Numbered from the stretch's first letter, positions 42,762-53,301 are shown. The stretch is DNA of 64,000 nucleotides from Patescibacteria group bacterium (GCA_044868145.1 JBIOWE010000004.1:333860-397859); one strand, 5' to 3'. Notes: generated by a model from the letters alone, not told the origin. Translations and numbers: made by a program.

Positions 42762-43049
42762 TGTTCACCACCTCATTTAAGGGCTTTTGGTTGTTGTCAA
42801 TTAAACTTTTTGAAGCAAAGCGTTGTTCTATGGTCCTCTGGTACGATATATTCTACTCCATGTCATAGGCGCCCAACCCTCCTTTCGTTGTAGTCGTAAA
42901 GAACGTTATACAAGTTTTTTCAAAAAGAGTGAGCAGGGTTCCTTCCCGAGGTGGTAAGCCCAGGTCAAAACCGCCGCTTCACTCTTTTCTGATTGTCAAT
43001 GTGTAATACAGTATTATCTTCACCAATGAGCCAGTTTGTCAAGCCCTTT

Positions 43050-45113
43050 TTATTCCATGTGAATTTTTTTGCTGAAGTAAGCCATTTTTTTCTTGAGCAG
43101 CGGATAAAGCGTGAGCTCCGGATCTCTCTGCATAACCCAGTCGCTGGCTTCGCGCGCCTTCTGGATAATCGCGACATCTGTTAATTTTGCCATTTTGAGG
43201 TCGGGAAATCCTGCTTGACGTAGTCCGTACACCTCGCCAGGTCCTCGGAACTCGAGATCTTTTTCCGCGAGCTGGAACCCGTTTTCTGATTCTACGAGTG
43301 CCCGTAACCTTTGCTGCGTTAGGTCGTTCGCAGTTTCGGTAAACAAAAAACATGTGGACTGGTGTTCGCTCCTGCCGATGCGCCCGCGAAATTGGTGTAG
43401 CTGCGCCAGCCCGAATCGTTCCGCGCTTTCGATAATCATGGCGGTCGCGTTTGGAACGTCAATGCCAACCTCAACGACCGGCGTTGCCACCAGGATTTTT
43501 ATGTCGCCTTCTGCGAATGCGCGCATAACATGTTCTTTTGCCTGAATGCGTAATTTTCCGTGCAAGAGACCAAGTGCGATATCCGGGAACACGTTTTTTT
43601 TAAGGCGTTCAAATTCAGCGGTTGCGGCTTTTACACCAAGAACGTCCGAAGGATCAATGAGCGGGCAGATGACAAATGCTTGGTGACCTTTCTTGATTTC
43701 TTCGCGAACGAATGCATACGTCGCCTGCCTGTCTTGGGGCGGCACAATTTCTGTGATGATTTTTTTTCTCCCAGGCGGCATTTCGTCAATGATCGAAAGG
43801 TCCAAGTCGCCGTAGAGCGTCAGCGCAAGTGTGCGCGGAATTGGGGTTGCGGTCATGGACAAAAGATGGGGAAGAAGTCCTTTGGAGCGCTGTTTTAATT
43901 TCTTTCGTTGCTCAACGCCGAAGCGGTGCTGCTCGTCTATAATGACGAGACCGAGCCGTTTGAACTCAACTTTTTGTTGGATCAACGCGTGGGTTCCAAC
44001 CACGCAAGAGAGTTTCCCGCTTGCGATTGCCTTGAGTATCACAGATTGTGTAACATGTTGCTCTCTCATTTTTTTTGATGAACGAGTGAGCAGACCGATT
44101 TCAATGCTCATCGGCGCGAGCAGCTCGCGTACTTTTTTACTGTGCTGCTCGGCGAGAATTTCTGTTGGCGCCATGAGTGCCGATTGAAAGCCGGCACGGA
44201 CCGCGCTCACCATCGCCATCGCCGCAACAACCGTTTTGCCCGACCCAACGTCGCCCTCCAGCAGCCGATTCATCGGCGTACGTTTTTCCATGTCGCGGAG
44301 GATTTCCCACGCGGCCTTTTTCTGCGCCTGCGTGAGTGTGAATGGGAGCGAGCCAACGAATTTCCGTATGTAGTCTTGCTGGTACGGGATCGCCGGCGCC
44401 TGCTCTTGCATCAGGCTGCGCCGTGAAATCCTCGCTTTCAGGAGGAGCGTAAAGAGCTCGTTAAATTTGAGCCGTTCTTGCGCCTTTTGGAGCAGCGCGG
44501 GGTTTTCGGGAAAATGGATTTGTTGAACCGCCGTGCGCAACTCCATGAGTTTATGCGTTTGAACAATATCGGGCGGAAGCCAATCGACAATTTGGCGAAT
44601 GAGCGGAAATACCAACTTAATAAAGTAACGCAGTTGTTTGTTTGTCAGCTCTTCCGTAAGCGAATACACAGGCACGATGCGCGCAGTATGAATTTGTTCC
44701 TTCCGTTCCTTTTCATAGGTAGGACTCACCATCTGGAATCCGTATTCGCTGGATTCCACTTTTCCTGAAAGATAGACGGCGTCGCCCACGTTTAACACTT
44801 TCGTGAGGAACGGTTGATTAAACCATATAATTTTCAGTGACCCCGACGCATCGGAAACAAGCGCTTCCGTCAGCATTTTTCGGCGATAAGGTGATCGACG
44901 ATTCTCGATGAGATTGACCTTAACTTTAATCGTAGCCCGTTGGCCGGGCGCGAGCGCGTTAATCGTATCCACGTGAGAAAGATCCTCGTACCGCATCGGA
45001 TAGTAACCCAACAGTTCCGCGACCGATTCTATGCCAAGGTTGCGCAGACGCCTGGCAATGGTTTTCCCAACTCGCGGCAATTGCTCGACAGGTGATTGAA
45101 GTGTTAGCACCAT
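43050..45113 (-). CDS. recG: ATP-dependent DNA helicase RecG
   Basis: 687 aa with an N-terminal wedge domain, helicase motifs I GDVGSGKT, II DEQHRFG and VI QLHQFRGRIGR. Confidence 0.9.
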   Translation of the reverse strand: MVLTLQSPVEQLPRVGKTIARRLRNLGIESVAELLGYYPMRYEDLSHVDTINALAPGQRATIKVKVNLIENRRSPYRRKMLTEALVSDASGSLKIIWFNQPFLTKVLNVGDAVYLSGKVESSEYGFQMVSPTYEKERKEQIHTARIVPVYSLTEELTNKQLRYFIKLVFPLIRQIVDWLPPDIVQTHKLMELRTAVQQIHFPENPALLQKAQERLKFNELFTLLLKARISRRSLMQEQAPAIPYQQDYIRKFVGSLPFTLTQAQKKAAWEILRDMEKRTPMNRLLEGDVGSGKTVVAAMAMVSAVRAGFQSALMAPTEILAEQHSKKVRELLAPMSIEIGLLTRSSKKMREQHVTQSVILKAIASGKLSCVVGTHALIQQKVEFKRLGLVIIDEQHRFGVEQRKKLKQRSKGLLPHLLSMTATPIPRTLALTLYGDLDLSIIDEMPPGRKKIITEIVPPQDRQATYAFVREEIKKGHQAFVICPLIDPSDVLGVKAATAEFERLKKNVFPDIALGLLHGKLRIQAKEHVMRAFAEGDIKILVATPVVEVGIDVPNATAMIIESAERFGLAQLHQFRGRIGRSEHQSTCFLFTETANDLTQQRLRALVESENGFQLAEKDLEFRGPGEVYGLRQAGFPDLKMAKLTDVAIIQKAREASDWVMQRDPELTLYPLLKKKMAYFSKKIHME

Positions 45114-45265
45114 ATGTTCATTGTACAGATTTCCCGTACGAAAAAATAGAGGTATTACCTCTACTCATTCGTCAGTGCTGTAATTATACATTTCGCGCGA
45201 ACCTACTTTTCCACCCGAGGCGGACCAGCCATTTGGTTGAGAACGGAACTACGGATTTTTTGCCG

Positions 45266-46204
45266 TTATTTAACTTTGATTACCACTTTGCCTTTCGGTT
45301 TCCCTGCCTCAAGATACTTGAGGGCTTCGGCCGTTTCATCCAAAGAAAAGACTTTGTCGATATGCACCTTCACTATACCTCGTTCAACCAATTCGGTTAA
45401 TTTTCCAAGTCGCTCTCCGGTCACCTGGGTAGACTGCGAAATTGCGTTGACTCCGTATTTTTTCATAAGTCCTTGGTTGGGTTGTTCTCCCATGGAAACG
45501 ATCACACCGCCTTTTTGAAGAACTGAAAAAGAACGGGCATAGGTTTCGCCGCCCACAGTATCAAAGACGGCATCGAAATTTTTTACCCCGTCCTCAAATT
45601 TTTGAGACTTGTAGTCAATAACTTGATCTGCGCCCAATCCTTTTACATATTCGGCATCTTCCGCGCTTGCAGTAGCCGCCACGGTCGCACCGAGATGCTT
45701 CGCTATCTGAACGGCAAACGTACCAATGCCTCCAGCACCGCCATGAATAAGAACCTTTTGCTTTTTTTTAAGTTTCATATGCTGGAACAATGCTTGGACG
45801 GCGCTCACTCCTGCCAAGGGCAAACCGGCCGCTTCTTCATGGCTAAGATTTTTAGGTTTTATGGCCACAGATGCTACCTTTGCAAGAGTATATTCCGCAA
45901 ACGATCCTGAACCGCCGCGTAAGAAGCTAGCTCGTCCGTATACTTCCTCACCTTTGCGAACTGTCGTAACCCCAGAGCCCGTTTCCGAGACCACTCCTGA
46001 GAAATCTCCCCCCAAGGTTGCGGGAAATTGCAACGACATCATTTTACTCATCAATCCTTGACGGATCTTCCAGTCAGAGGGATTCACTCCTGCGGCATAT
46101 ACTTCAACCACAATCTCTCCTTCGGAAGCCACGGGCTTCAGCACATTGTTATTAATCTCCACAACTTCACCGCCTCCGTATCTAATGATTTGTGCTGATT
46201 TCAT
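45266..46204 (-). CDS. NADPH:quinone oxidoreductase (MDR/zeta-crystallin-like zinc-independent dehydrogenase)
   Basis: 312 aa with an ADH_N-like domain and a Rossmann GGAGGIGTFAVQIAK. Confidence 0.75.
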   Translation of the reverse strand: MKSAQIIRYGGGEVVEINNNVLKPVASEGEIVVEVYAAGVNPSDWKIRQGLMSKMMSLQFPATLGGDFSGVVSETGSGVTTVRKGEEVYGRASFLRGGSGSFAEYTLAKVASVAIKPKNLSHEEAAGLPLAGVSAVQALFQHMKLKKKQKVLIHGGAGGIGTFAVQIAKHLGATVAATASAEDAEYVKGLGADQVIDYKSQKFEDGVKNFDAVFDTVGGETYARSFSVLQKGGVIVSMGEQPNQGLMKKYGVNAISQSTQVTGERLGKLTELVERGIVKVHIDKVFSLDETAEALKYLEAGKPKGKVVIKVK

Positions 46205-46289
46205 AGGATAGTGTTGAGTTTAATTAATAGGAACGCTAACAGATTTACGCCAGAATCATCTCCGAACAAGTTACATTTGGTGCGTCCAA

Positions 46290-46560
46290 GAGCCTGCCTG
46301 CCCTGTCTGCCGACAGGCAGGTGGCAGGCAGGGATTTGTCACCCCGTGGGTGATCACCCAAAGGGCGGAACCTCACGACAAAAATTTTATTTATTGGTTG
46401 GTTTGGTGCAGTATATACGCGTTGATTCGAGCGGATTTCGCGGGCGGCGGCTAGCGCCCCGGAGTTTATCCCGCCGAATGGCGGGCCCCCGCAGCCGCCG
46501 CCCCTCCAGAGGCGGGCAGGCCGGGCGCGCCTTGGAGTTTATCCCGCACCCTTGCGGTGC
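46290..46560. repeat. cluster of GC-rich palindromic/hairpin repeats
   Basis: Hairpins gcctgccctgtctgccgacaggcaggtggcaggcagg and gtcaccccgtgggtgatcaccc are followed by two tandem units GGAGTTTATCCCGC + hairpin (cccgccgaatggcggg; ccgcacccttgcggtgcgg). The first hairpin also occurs in the MITE at 21247-21372. Confidence 0.5.
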
Positions 46561-46684
46561 GGGGACGATGGCAAGTTTTTCTACGGATTCCGAATTAGTA
46601 CAGATTCGGAATTCGTAGGTAAAGGCTATTCGACTTTACCTTTGGCGGCAAATTCTTTAGTTCTGAAAATCGTTCAACAAAAAA

Positions 46685-47218
46685 CTACTTGTATTCCCTT
46701 GGTCCATACGGAGCGTTATATCTACCCAACATATAACCCCAAGCATTATCTCCAACTTTGGGACTCAAATTCTCGTCCAATAGAAAAAGGATGTCATCAT
46801 TTACTTTCCAATAGTATCGAAAATCTCGGTTAGCATTAGAATCTAGTTCGTACACTACTGCCTGCGGATAATCTTTGACACCATGACGTACCGTCAACGC
46901 TCCTTGTGTGACGATTCTATCGTTTCCTTTGCTCCCGATAAGTCCTAGCCAATATGTAGTTGGGGCTTTAGTTTCTTGATTTTGATACAGCGTAAGCTGT
47001 ACCTTCATCCTTCCACCAACACAGATTACGACTGGGCATGAGACGCGGCCCTCAAAAACGGCAAGAATCGTGTCTCCGTTGGCGTTTACCTCTGGGTATG
47101 GAGGTTCAAAGGTAGTCGGGGCCTTGTGGAAATAACCGTTTTGAAACAGCCAAAAAACAACTCCCAAAATGATAATGATCGGGATAATAAGGATAATAGT
47201 TTTTCGCGATAGTTTCAT
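46685..47218 (-). CDS. hypothetical membrane-anchored protein (177 aa)
   Basis: N-terminal TM IILIIPIIIILGVVFWLF. No recognisable family. Confidence 0.4.
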   Translation of the reverse strand: MKLSRKTIILIIPIIIILGVVFWLFQNGYFHKAPTTFEPPYPEVNANGDTILAVFEGRVSCPVVICVGGRMKVQLTLYQNQETKAPTTYWLGLIGSKGNDRIVTQGALTVRHGVKDYPQAVVYELDSNANRDFRYYWKVNDDILFLLDENLSPKVGDNAWGYMLGRYNAPYGPREYK

Positions 47219-47280
47219 ACTACCGACAAGTTTCGGACAGAGGTGTCAAGCGCCTTATCGATTTTCGCTCATTTTCTGAC

Positions 47281-47305
47281 TGGTGCGCCCAACAGGACTT
47301 GAACC
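47281..47305 (-). other. orphan tRNA 3'-end fragment (T-arm + acceptor + CCA: GGTTCAAGTCCTGTTGGGCGCACCA)
   Basis: The minus-strand sequence ends in a canonical T-loop (TTCAAGT), a 7-nt acceptor strand, a discriminator and CCA. No matching 5' half (GCGCCCA) lies within about 90 nt upstream. Confidence 0.4.
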
Positions 47306-47371
47306 CCGCAAAATTTCTCGCTTTCGCTCGAAATATGCGGGACAAGACTGTGACCGAATCCTTGTTCATAA

Positions 47372-47446
47372 TGCGCTCGGGAGGATTTGAACCTCCGGCC
47401 TCCAGATCCGCAATCTGGCGTTCTATCCGGGCTGAACTACGAGCGC
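47372..47446 (-). tRNA. tRNA-Arg (anticodon GCG)
   Basis: The minus strand folds as a canonical cloverleaf: GCGCTCG TA GTTC AGCCCGGATA GAAC G CCAGA TTGCGGA TCTGG AGGCC GGAGG TTCAAAT CCTCC CGAGCGC A. It has a 7-bp acceptor, 5-bp anticodon stem and 7-nt loop with GCG at positions 34-36. Confidence 0.75.
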
Positions 47447-47646
47447 GTCAAAAAGTTTACTCTATCCGGGCTGCCTGTCCGCCGATCCGAGCTTAGCGAG
47501 GAATAGGCGGAAGCTATGGGCGCATGTAATGGATATGTTGACTAGAACGTATTTTACTCTTGACTGAGTCCCGATGTTCGCCAAAGGCGAAATCGAGATC
47601 CCGACTACCGACTCATCGTCGGAACGTCGGGACTACGGGCGCATAT

Positions 47647-48141
47647 TTAAAGCTTCAAGTATCTCGCCACCGCATCAGACAGCGATTCGTTTTCTCTCGT
47701 AAGGTCTTCTTGGAGGTACTGCAGCAAGATTTTGCGCAGGCGAATTGGGTTTTGATTGACGAGCGAGATGGAAAGATAGGGTCGCAGTGATGACTTAAAA
47801 TCTAGATAGAGTGTTTTTACGTCGGGCGGTTCATAAATAATCCAGAATCCTTTTATTTCTTTGTAAGGGTAAAACGATTCTCCTATCAATATGCCTTCTT
47901 CAGAAATTTGTATGGGCACGTTTAGGGGCTCTCGTTTGTTGCGTATGTATTGAATCAGAATGACCAGGAAAATAATAATGATAAATAGGTAGCTTCTTGT
48001 CCAAATGGAAAAAATAAGAAGGCCGAATATGGCTAGCGCCATCCAGAGAAACCAGCGCCGCGTTCGTTTGTGTTTGATGAATTCGGGAAACGTCCATTCC
48101 GCAAGGACTTTTCCATAGTCAGGTTGTGTTGGCTCTGCCAT
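47647..48141 (-). CDS. hypothetical membrane protein (about 164 aa)
   Basis: Start taken at MAEPTQPDYG (48141), because the ORF-track N-terminal extension overlaps tRNA-Ser. It has two TM helices and a C-terminal globular region (bPH-like, speculative). Confidence 0.4.
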   Translation of the reverse strand: MAEPTQPDYGKVLAEWTFPEFIKHKRTRRWFLWMALAIFGLLIFSIWTRSYLFIIIIFLVILIQYIRNKREPLNVPIQISEEGILIGESFYPYKEIKGFWIIYEPPDVKTLYLDFKSSLRPYLSISLVNQNPIRLRKILLQYLQEDLTRENESLSDAVARYLKL

Positions 48142-48165
48142 AAGATTTATAAATAATACTCTGAC

Positions 48166-48255
48166 TGGCGGAGAGAGAGGGATTCGAACCCCCGATGGCT
48201 TTGCAGCCATAGCGGTTTTCAAGACCGCCCCATTCAACCACTCTGGCATCTCTCC
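48166..48255 (-). tRNA. tRNA-Ser (anticodon TGA)
   Basis: 90-nt class II tRNA on the minus strand: GGAGAGATGCCAGAGTGGTTGAATGGGGCGGTCTTGAAAACCGC + long variable arm TATGGCTGCAAAGCCATC + GGGGGTTCGAATCCCTCTCTCTCCGCCA. CCA is encoded. Confidence 0.85.
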
Positions 48256-48262
48256 CTATGGG

Positions 48263-48357
<95 letters not shown>

Positions 48358-48564
48358 AAAAGTTCAGCTTCGCTGAACTGATTAAATGTGAAGGCCTCGC
48401 GGTTCCGGGGCGTCCTTTAGACGCCCGTGAACTGCTCCCGTAGGTCGCAGTTCACCCGCTCAGCCAACTCTCCATCCAAGATTATGTTTGCTGCCTGATT
48501 ATACCACTTCTTCTTTTTAATTTACACAAAAAGGCACTCAATTCTACAATGTGTCATAGGAGGC

Positions 48565-48673
48565 GTCAACCCCCACACCAATTTCAAAACAATCAACTTA
48601 TTCAGAGCGGGCTCATTTCATAGTTGAGCATCTCTTCTTCGATAAAACATTGATTGAAATTGGTGTGGGGTCA
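48565..48673. repeat. MITE-like repeat, family C copy 1 (TIR GTCAACCCCCACACCAATTTCAA)
   Basis: About 109-bp element with 20-23 bp terminal inverted repeats (gtcaacccccacaccaatttcaa ... ttgaaattggtgtggggtca), between the tRNA cluster and the hisS 3' end. Confidence 0.6.
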
Positions 48674-48679
48674 AGTGTT

Positions 48680-49993
48680 TTACGGTAGATGTTTGCGTAG
48701 GTAGGTAGCTATTTGGTTGATTGGCACCGTTTCCTGCTTTGCCGTTTTGAGATTTTTTATGCTTACCGCATCGCTCTCTTTTTCCTTCGGCCCGACGAGG
48801 AGCGCGAATTCGTAATTTTGCTTGCCCGCGTATTCAAATTGTTTGCTCACTGTCGCGTTCTCCAAGTACAGGTCGGTCGCAATGCCCGTCCTGCGCAGCT
48901 CGGTCGCGAGTTGCAACGCATCACTCATAAAATTTTTATTCCATACGAGCGTCAGTACGTTCACTATAGGGCGTTCGTTTCGCTCTTTTTTGTTTGTCAC
49001 AATGTCTGCAATTCGTTCAATGCCGATCGAACAGCCACACGCCGGAATGGTTTTTTTCGCAAACATGCCGATGAGATTATCATAGCGCCCTCCACCGGCA
49101 ATACTGCTTCTCAAATCCGGTGAGAAAAATTCAAAAATGGGTCCGGTATAGTAGTCGAGTCCGCGCGCGAGAAACGGGCGGAAAACAATACTGGCTTTTT
49201 CTACGAACGGTTCCGTCAGTTTCAGAATTTCGTCCACTTCTTGCAATCCCACTCGACCCGTTTCGTTTGATGCTACTTTTTTTCGCACAACGTCCTCGGC
49301 ATCCTTTGTGCCCAAGTCGGCCATCAGTTCGTCAATGACGGTTTGCGCTACCTGTTTGTTCTTGAGTTCTTGCTTGATTTCTTCCAATGAATTTTTTCCC
49401 AGTTTGTCGAGCACGATTAAGACATCATTTTGTTTTGCAGCCTGAACCCCGTAGGCATCTAGCAAACCCGTCAGCACTTTTCTTGAATTGAGGCGAATCT
49501 CAAATTGTTGTATGCCCATGGCGCTGATTGCGTCCGCAATAGCAAGGATGATTTCCGCATCAGCGGCAATGTAGTCTGTGCCGACGGTATCAATATCGCA
49601 TTGCACGAGTTCGCGGTAGCGACCCTTGCCAGGTCGGTCAGCGCGCCAAACCGGCACAATTTGATATCGTTTGAATATCCGCGGCAGCTTCCCTGCGTAT
49701 TCCGCAACGACGCGAGCAAGCGGGATCGTCAAGTCGTAGCGGAGCGCGAGATCTGGCTCGCCGGTTTTTTCTTGGTCACCGCGCTTCAAAATTTTATACA
49801 TGAGTTTTTCTCCCTCCTCACCGTATTTGCCGGAGAGAATCTCCAATCGTTCAAATGCAGGCGTTTCCAAAGGCAGAAACCCATATGTTTCAAAAACCGT
49901 TTTCGCGGAACGAAACAGCGCTTCCCGAAACCGTACGTCTTCGGGAAGAAAATCACGCGTGCCTGATGGCGGTGTTGTGTTTATTTTTTTCAT
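48680..49993 (-). CDS. hisS: histidine--tRNA ligase
   Basis: About 437 aa from MKKINTTPPSGTRDFLPEDV, with class II motifs (ETPAFE...LRYDLT; GGGRYDNL) and a C-terminal anticodon-binding domain. Confidence 0.85.
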   Translation of the reverse strand: MKKINTTPPSGTRDFLPEDVRFREALFRSAKTVFETYGFLPLETPAFERLEILSGKYGEEGEKLMYKILKRGDQEKTGEPDLALRYDLTIPLARVVAEYAGKLPRIFKRYQIVPVWRADRPGKGRYRELVQCDIDTVGTDYIAADAEIILAIADAISAMGIQQFEIRLNSRKVLTGLLDAYGVQAAKQNDVLIVLDKLGKNSLEEIKQELKNKQVAQTVIDELMADLGTKDAEDVVRKKVASNETGRVGLQEVDEILKLTEPFVEKASIVFRPFLARGLDYYTGPIFEFFSPDLRSSIAGGGRYDNLIGMFAKKTIPACGCSIGIERIADIVTNKKERNERPIVNVLTLVWNKNFMSDALQLATELRRTGIATDLYLENATVSKQFEYAGKQNYEFALLVGPKEKESDAVSIKNLKTAKQETVPINQIATYLRKHLP

Positions 49994-49998
49994 ACGCT

Positions 49999-50685
49999 TT
50001 AAACGTTCGATGCCTTTGCTATAACCCATGCAATGACGGTTTCTGTGCCGGCTTTTTTTAAAACGCTTGCACATTCCTCAAGTGTAGCGCAGGTCGTGGC
50101 AACGTCATCGAAAAGTATAACATGTTTCGGCGGCTGCTTGTAGCGCACGATTTTGAAAGCATTGCGAATATTCGTGAGCCGCTCTTCGGACCCAAGCGAA
50201 ACCTGAGGCGCGGTATTCTTCGAACGTATAAGGACTTTTGTCTCAAGTGCAAGATCAAGTGAATGCGTCAGTTCTTTGGCGATAAGCTCTGATTGGTTAA
50301 ATCCGCGTTCCCGCTCGCGCTTACGGTGCAACGGCACAGGCAGTACGATGCTGGCGCGCGCAAGGTCTGTGCCGGATTGTTGCCCCCATTGGGTATGGCT
50401 GCGCAAGAAACAGGTTGCAAGAATTGGCGCAAGCGTAACCACCCCGTTGTATTTCAGAAGATGGATCGCTTCCTGAACGACGTTTTCTTCATACGCAGTT
50501 GCCGCGAACAAACCGTCGAGATAACTGAACGGTCCAGTCTTAAAATATCGCGGCTTCAGGGCTAGTCCTTGTTCGCAGGACGCACAGAGCCAGTATCCAT
50601 CTTTGCCACAGCCCAGGCACGTGATTGGAAAGACTATTTCAAGTAGCACTGCCAATATTTTTTGTATTACTTTTTTCACTGCCAT
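49999..50685 (-). CDS. comF: ComF-family protein (phosphoribosyltransferase domain, N-terminal zinc ribbon)
   Basis: About 228 aa with FPITCLGCGKDGYWLCASCEQ and the PRTase motif HVILFDDVATTCATL. Confidence 0.75.
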   Translation of the reverse strand: MAVKKVIQKILAVLLEIVFPITCLGCGKDGYWLCASCEQGLALKPRYFKTGPFSYLDGLFAATAYEENVVQEAIHLLKYNGVVTLAPILATCFLRSHTQWGQQSGTDLARASIVLPVPLHRKRERERGFNQSELIAKELTHSLDLALETKVLIRSKNTAPQVSLGSEERLTNIRNAFKIVRYKQPPKHVILFDDVATTCATLEECASVLKKAGTETVIAWVIAKASNV

Positions 50686-50746
50686 ATGTTTCAAAAACAA
50701 AACACCTTCCTCTGGGGAAGGCGTTTTCATTATTGATTCGTGACTT

Positions 50747-53263
50747 TTACTCTAGCACAATCTTTTTATCCCGTACAGTCGCAGATACGGTATCGCCGTT
50801 TTGCCATTTGTTATCGAGCATACCTTGCGCAAGCGCGTTCTCTAGTTGTTCCTGAACCGTACGCTTGACGGCGCGGGCGCCTTGTTCAGGTTTATAACTC
50901 ATTTCTGCGATGAACTTCACGATCTTTTTATCGTACTCCAAGGCGAGATCCTGGTCAGCGAGTTTATTCGTCAGCTCCTTGAGCTCGAGCTCAACAATAG
51001 AAAATATTTCTTCAAGCGCGAGTGGTTTAAAAACGATAATCCTGTCAATGCGATTCAAAAATTCCGGACGGAATTTCCGTTCTAAGTCTTTCAATACCTG
51101 CACTTTAATCTGTTCGTATTTTTCCTTTGCCGCACGTTTATCTTCAGATGACTCCGCCGTAAAACCGATGCTCGCAGCCTTATTCAAATTTTCCAATCCG
51201 ACATTCGAGGTCATAATGATAATCGTGTTTTTAAAATTCACTTTTTTTCCGATGGCGTCAGTCAAATGCCCATCTTCCAGTACTTGGAGCAAGAGATTAA
51301 AAACCTCTGGGTGGGCTTTTTCGATTTCATCAAACAGTACAACGCTGTACGGCTTGCGTCGGACCGGTTCCGTCAGCTTGCTGCCTTCTTTGTAACCAAC
51401 GTATCCTGCCGGGGCGCCGATCAGCTTGGAGATATTAAAGCTTTCCGCAAATTCAGACATGTCAATGCGGATGAGCGCATGTTCGTCCTCGAACACTGTT
51501 TTTGCCAGCACTTTCGCAGTTTCCGTTTTGCCGACACCCGATGGCCCCAAGAAAATAAAGGAGCCCAAAGGTCGGTTCGGGTTCGCGAGCCCGACCCGGG
51601 AGCGCCGGATACTGTCCGAGATGGCCTTGAGCGCTTCCGCTTGGCCGACGATTCTTGCGCTGAGTACTTTTTCTAAATGCAGCAACCGCTCCTTTTCCGC
51701 AACAATAAGATCCTGCAAGGGGATTTTGGTTATGCGGGAGATAACCTCGGCTACATCCTTTTCAGTGATTTTACCGATGTACTTGCGGGATTCTTGGGCT
51801 TTTCTCTCGCGTAGAACGGCGAGCTTGGATTGAACAGTTTGTTCTTGCGTTTTAATACGCAGCGCTTCTTCGAACCGTTCTTGATTCACCGCAACGTGCT
51901 TTTTTTGCTGTATTTTGTTCACCTCTTGTTCAAGGGTGCGGATTTCCCGCGTAAGCGAATCGGTTTTTTGGTTCACTTTCATTTTCGAAGCCGCCTCGTC
52001 AATTAAATCAATTGCTTTATCCGGCAAGAACTTATCTTGGAGATAGCGAGTGCTTAACGTGACTGCGGCACGAATCGCATCGTCAGTAATATGGACGAGA
52101 TGATATTTTTCGTAATTTTCTTTGATGCCCTGGAGTACCTCGACAGTTTCTTCCGGCGTTGCCTCTTCGACCATAATCGGTTGAAACCGACGTTCGAGTG
52201 CTGCATCTGATTCTATATGCTTGCGGTACTCGTCCATGGTTGTTGCACCGATCACGCGCACCTCGCCTTTTGCGAGCGCGGGTTTCAAAATATTTGCCGC
52301 GTCCATTGATCCGGATGCTGACCCCGCGCCGATAATGGTGTGTAATTCGTCAATGAACAGGATGATATTCGGATCCGCCTTAATCTCGTCTATGATTTGT
52401 TTTAGGCGGCTTTCAAATTCGCCCCGGTAAATTGTGCCGGCAACCACAAGGCTAAGGTCGAGCTTTAGTATTTTTTTGTTCAGAAGCGCGTCCGGGACTT
52501 CTCCGTGAATGATTTTTTTCGCAAGCCCTTCGACGATTGCTGTTTTGCCGACGCCGGGATCTCCAATCAGTACGGGGTTATTTTTTGTCCTGCGAGAAAG
52601 AATATGGATGAGTCGTTCAATTTCTCGGCCGCGCCCAATCACAGGATCGATGCTGCGCTGGAGCGTTTCGTTCGTCAGGTTCGTCGAAAAGAAGTCCAGC
52701 GCAGAAGATTTTTGCTGATCTTTTTGTCCCTCGCGTTGGTCCAGCTTTTCCAAATCCTTGTCTTGGTCAAAAAATTGGGCAAGATCGGGAAAGCGCGAAG
52801 TGCTCTTCATGACTGTAGCGAGGTGCGCTTTGAGTTGGTTGAGGTTCACCTGGCTTTCTTCCCATAGTTCGATCATCGTTGGGTTATTCACGTTGATCAA
52901 ACTCATCAGAAGATGCTCGGTGCCAATATACTTATGTTTATATTGGTGGGCAAAGAGTGCGGCTTTTTCAATCGTTTTTTTGGTGTCTTCGGACAATTTC
53001 AATTTTCCAGTCTTTGCCTTTTCCGCGTCAACAGTACGGACTGATGGTTTATTGCGTTCAATAACGCTCGAACGCACGCGTTCCGCGGTCAGCTTGAACT
53101 TGGCTAAAATCTCCGCGCCAATGCTTCCCTTCTGCAAAATTAATCCATACACAAGATGCTCGGGGTTCACAGCTGCATGGCCGAGCGACGTGGAAAGCTC
53201 CTGGGCTTTCTTTAGCGCATTCTTCAAATGCGCAGTGAATTTATCTAATATTTTCGGGTACAT
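50747..53263 (-). CDS. clpC: ClpC/ClpB-family AAA+ chaperone (two Clp_N repeats, two AAA+ modules, short middle domain, hence ClpC-like)
   Basis: 838 aa with D1 Walker [10 protein letters not shown]2 Walker [10 protein letters not shown], and sensor/arginine-finger regions. Confidence 0.85.
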   Translation of the reverse strand: MYPKILDKFTAHLKNALKKAQELSTSLGHAAVNPEHLVYGLILQKGSIGAEILAKFKLTAERVRSSVIERNKPSVRTVDAEKAKTGKLKLSEDTKKTIEKAALFAHQYKHKYIGTEHLLMSLINVNNPTMIELWEESQVNLNQLKAHLATVMKSTSRFPDLAQFFDQDKDLEKLDQREGQKDQQKSSALDFFSTNLTNETLQRSIDPVIGRGREIERLIHILSRRTKNNPVLIGDPGVGKTAIVEGLAKKIIHGEVPDALLNKKILKLDLSLVVAGTIYRGEFESRLKQIIDEIKADPNIILFIDELHTIIGAGSASGSMDAANILKPALAKGEVRVIGATTMDEYRKHIESDAALERRFQPIMVEEATPEETVEVLQGIKENYEKYHLVHITDDAIRAAVTLSTRYLQDKFLPDKAIDLIDEAASKMKVNQKTDSLTREIRTLEQEVNKIQQKKHVAVNQERFEEALRIKTQEQTVQSKLAVLRERKAQESRKYIGKITEKDVAEVISRITKIPLQDLIVAEKERLLHLEKVLSARIVGQAEALKAISDSIRRSRVGLANPNRPLGSFIFLGPSGVGKTETAKVLAKTVFEDEHALIRIDMSEFAESFNISKLIGAPAGYVGYKEGSKLTEPVRRKPYSVVLFDEIEKAHPEVFNLLLQVLEDGHLTDAIGKKVNFKNTIIIMTSNVGLENLNKAASIGFTAESSEDKRAAKEKYEQIKVQVLKDLERKFRPEFLNRIDRIIVFKPLALEEIFSIVELELKELTNKLADQDLALEYDKKIVKFIAEMSYKPEQGARAVKRTVQEQLENALAQGMLDNKWQNGDTVSATVRDKKIVLE

Positions 53264-53301
53264 TTTTGGTCGGAGAGATTATAACACTACTGTATTTTAC
53301 C

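Noticed and set aside
46211-46618. 135-aa + strand ORF
   Set aside because: It lies wholly within the GC-rich palindromic repeat cluster, has Arg/Pro/Gly-rich low-complexity translation, and lacks an RBS.
47281-47650. tmRNA (ssrA) spanning the tRNA-like 3' end and upstream 5' GCGCCC start
   Set aside because: A well-formed tRNA-Arg sits in the middle of the span. No tmRNA tag reading frame or pseudoknot signature was recognisable.
48142-48249. N-terminal extension of ORF 47647-48249
   Set aside because: It overlaps tRNA-Ser (48166-48255) on the same strand. An internal ATG at 48141 gives a sensible start.
48375-48465. Third class-II tRNA (Ser/Leu-like) upstream of tRNA-Ser(GCT)
   Set aside because: Only the first 23 nt resemble a tRNA-Ser 5' end. 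The rest folds into three long perfect hairpins with no D/anticodon/T-arm geometry and no matching acceptor 3' strand. It is treated as a decayed fragment or structured spacer.
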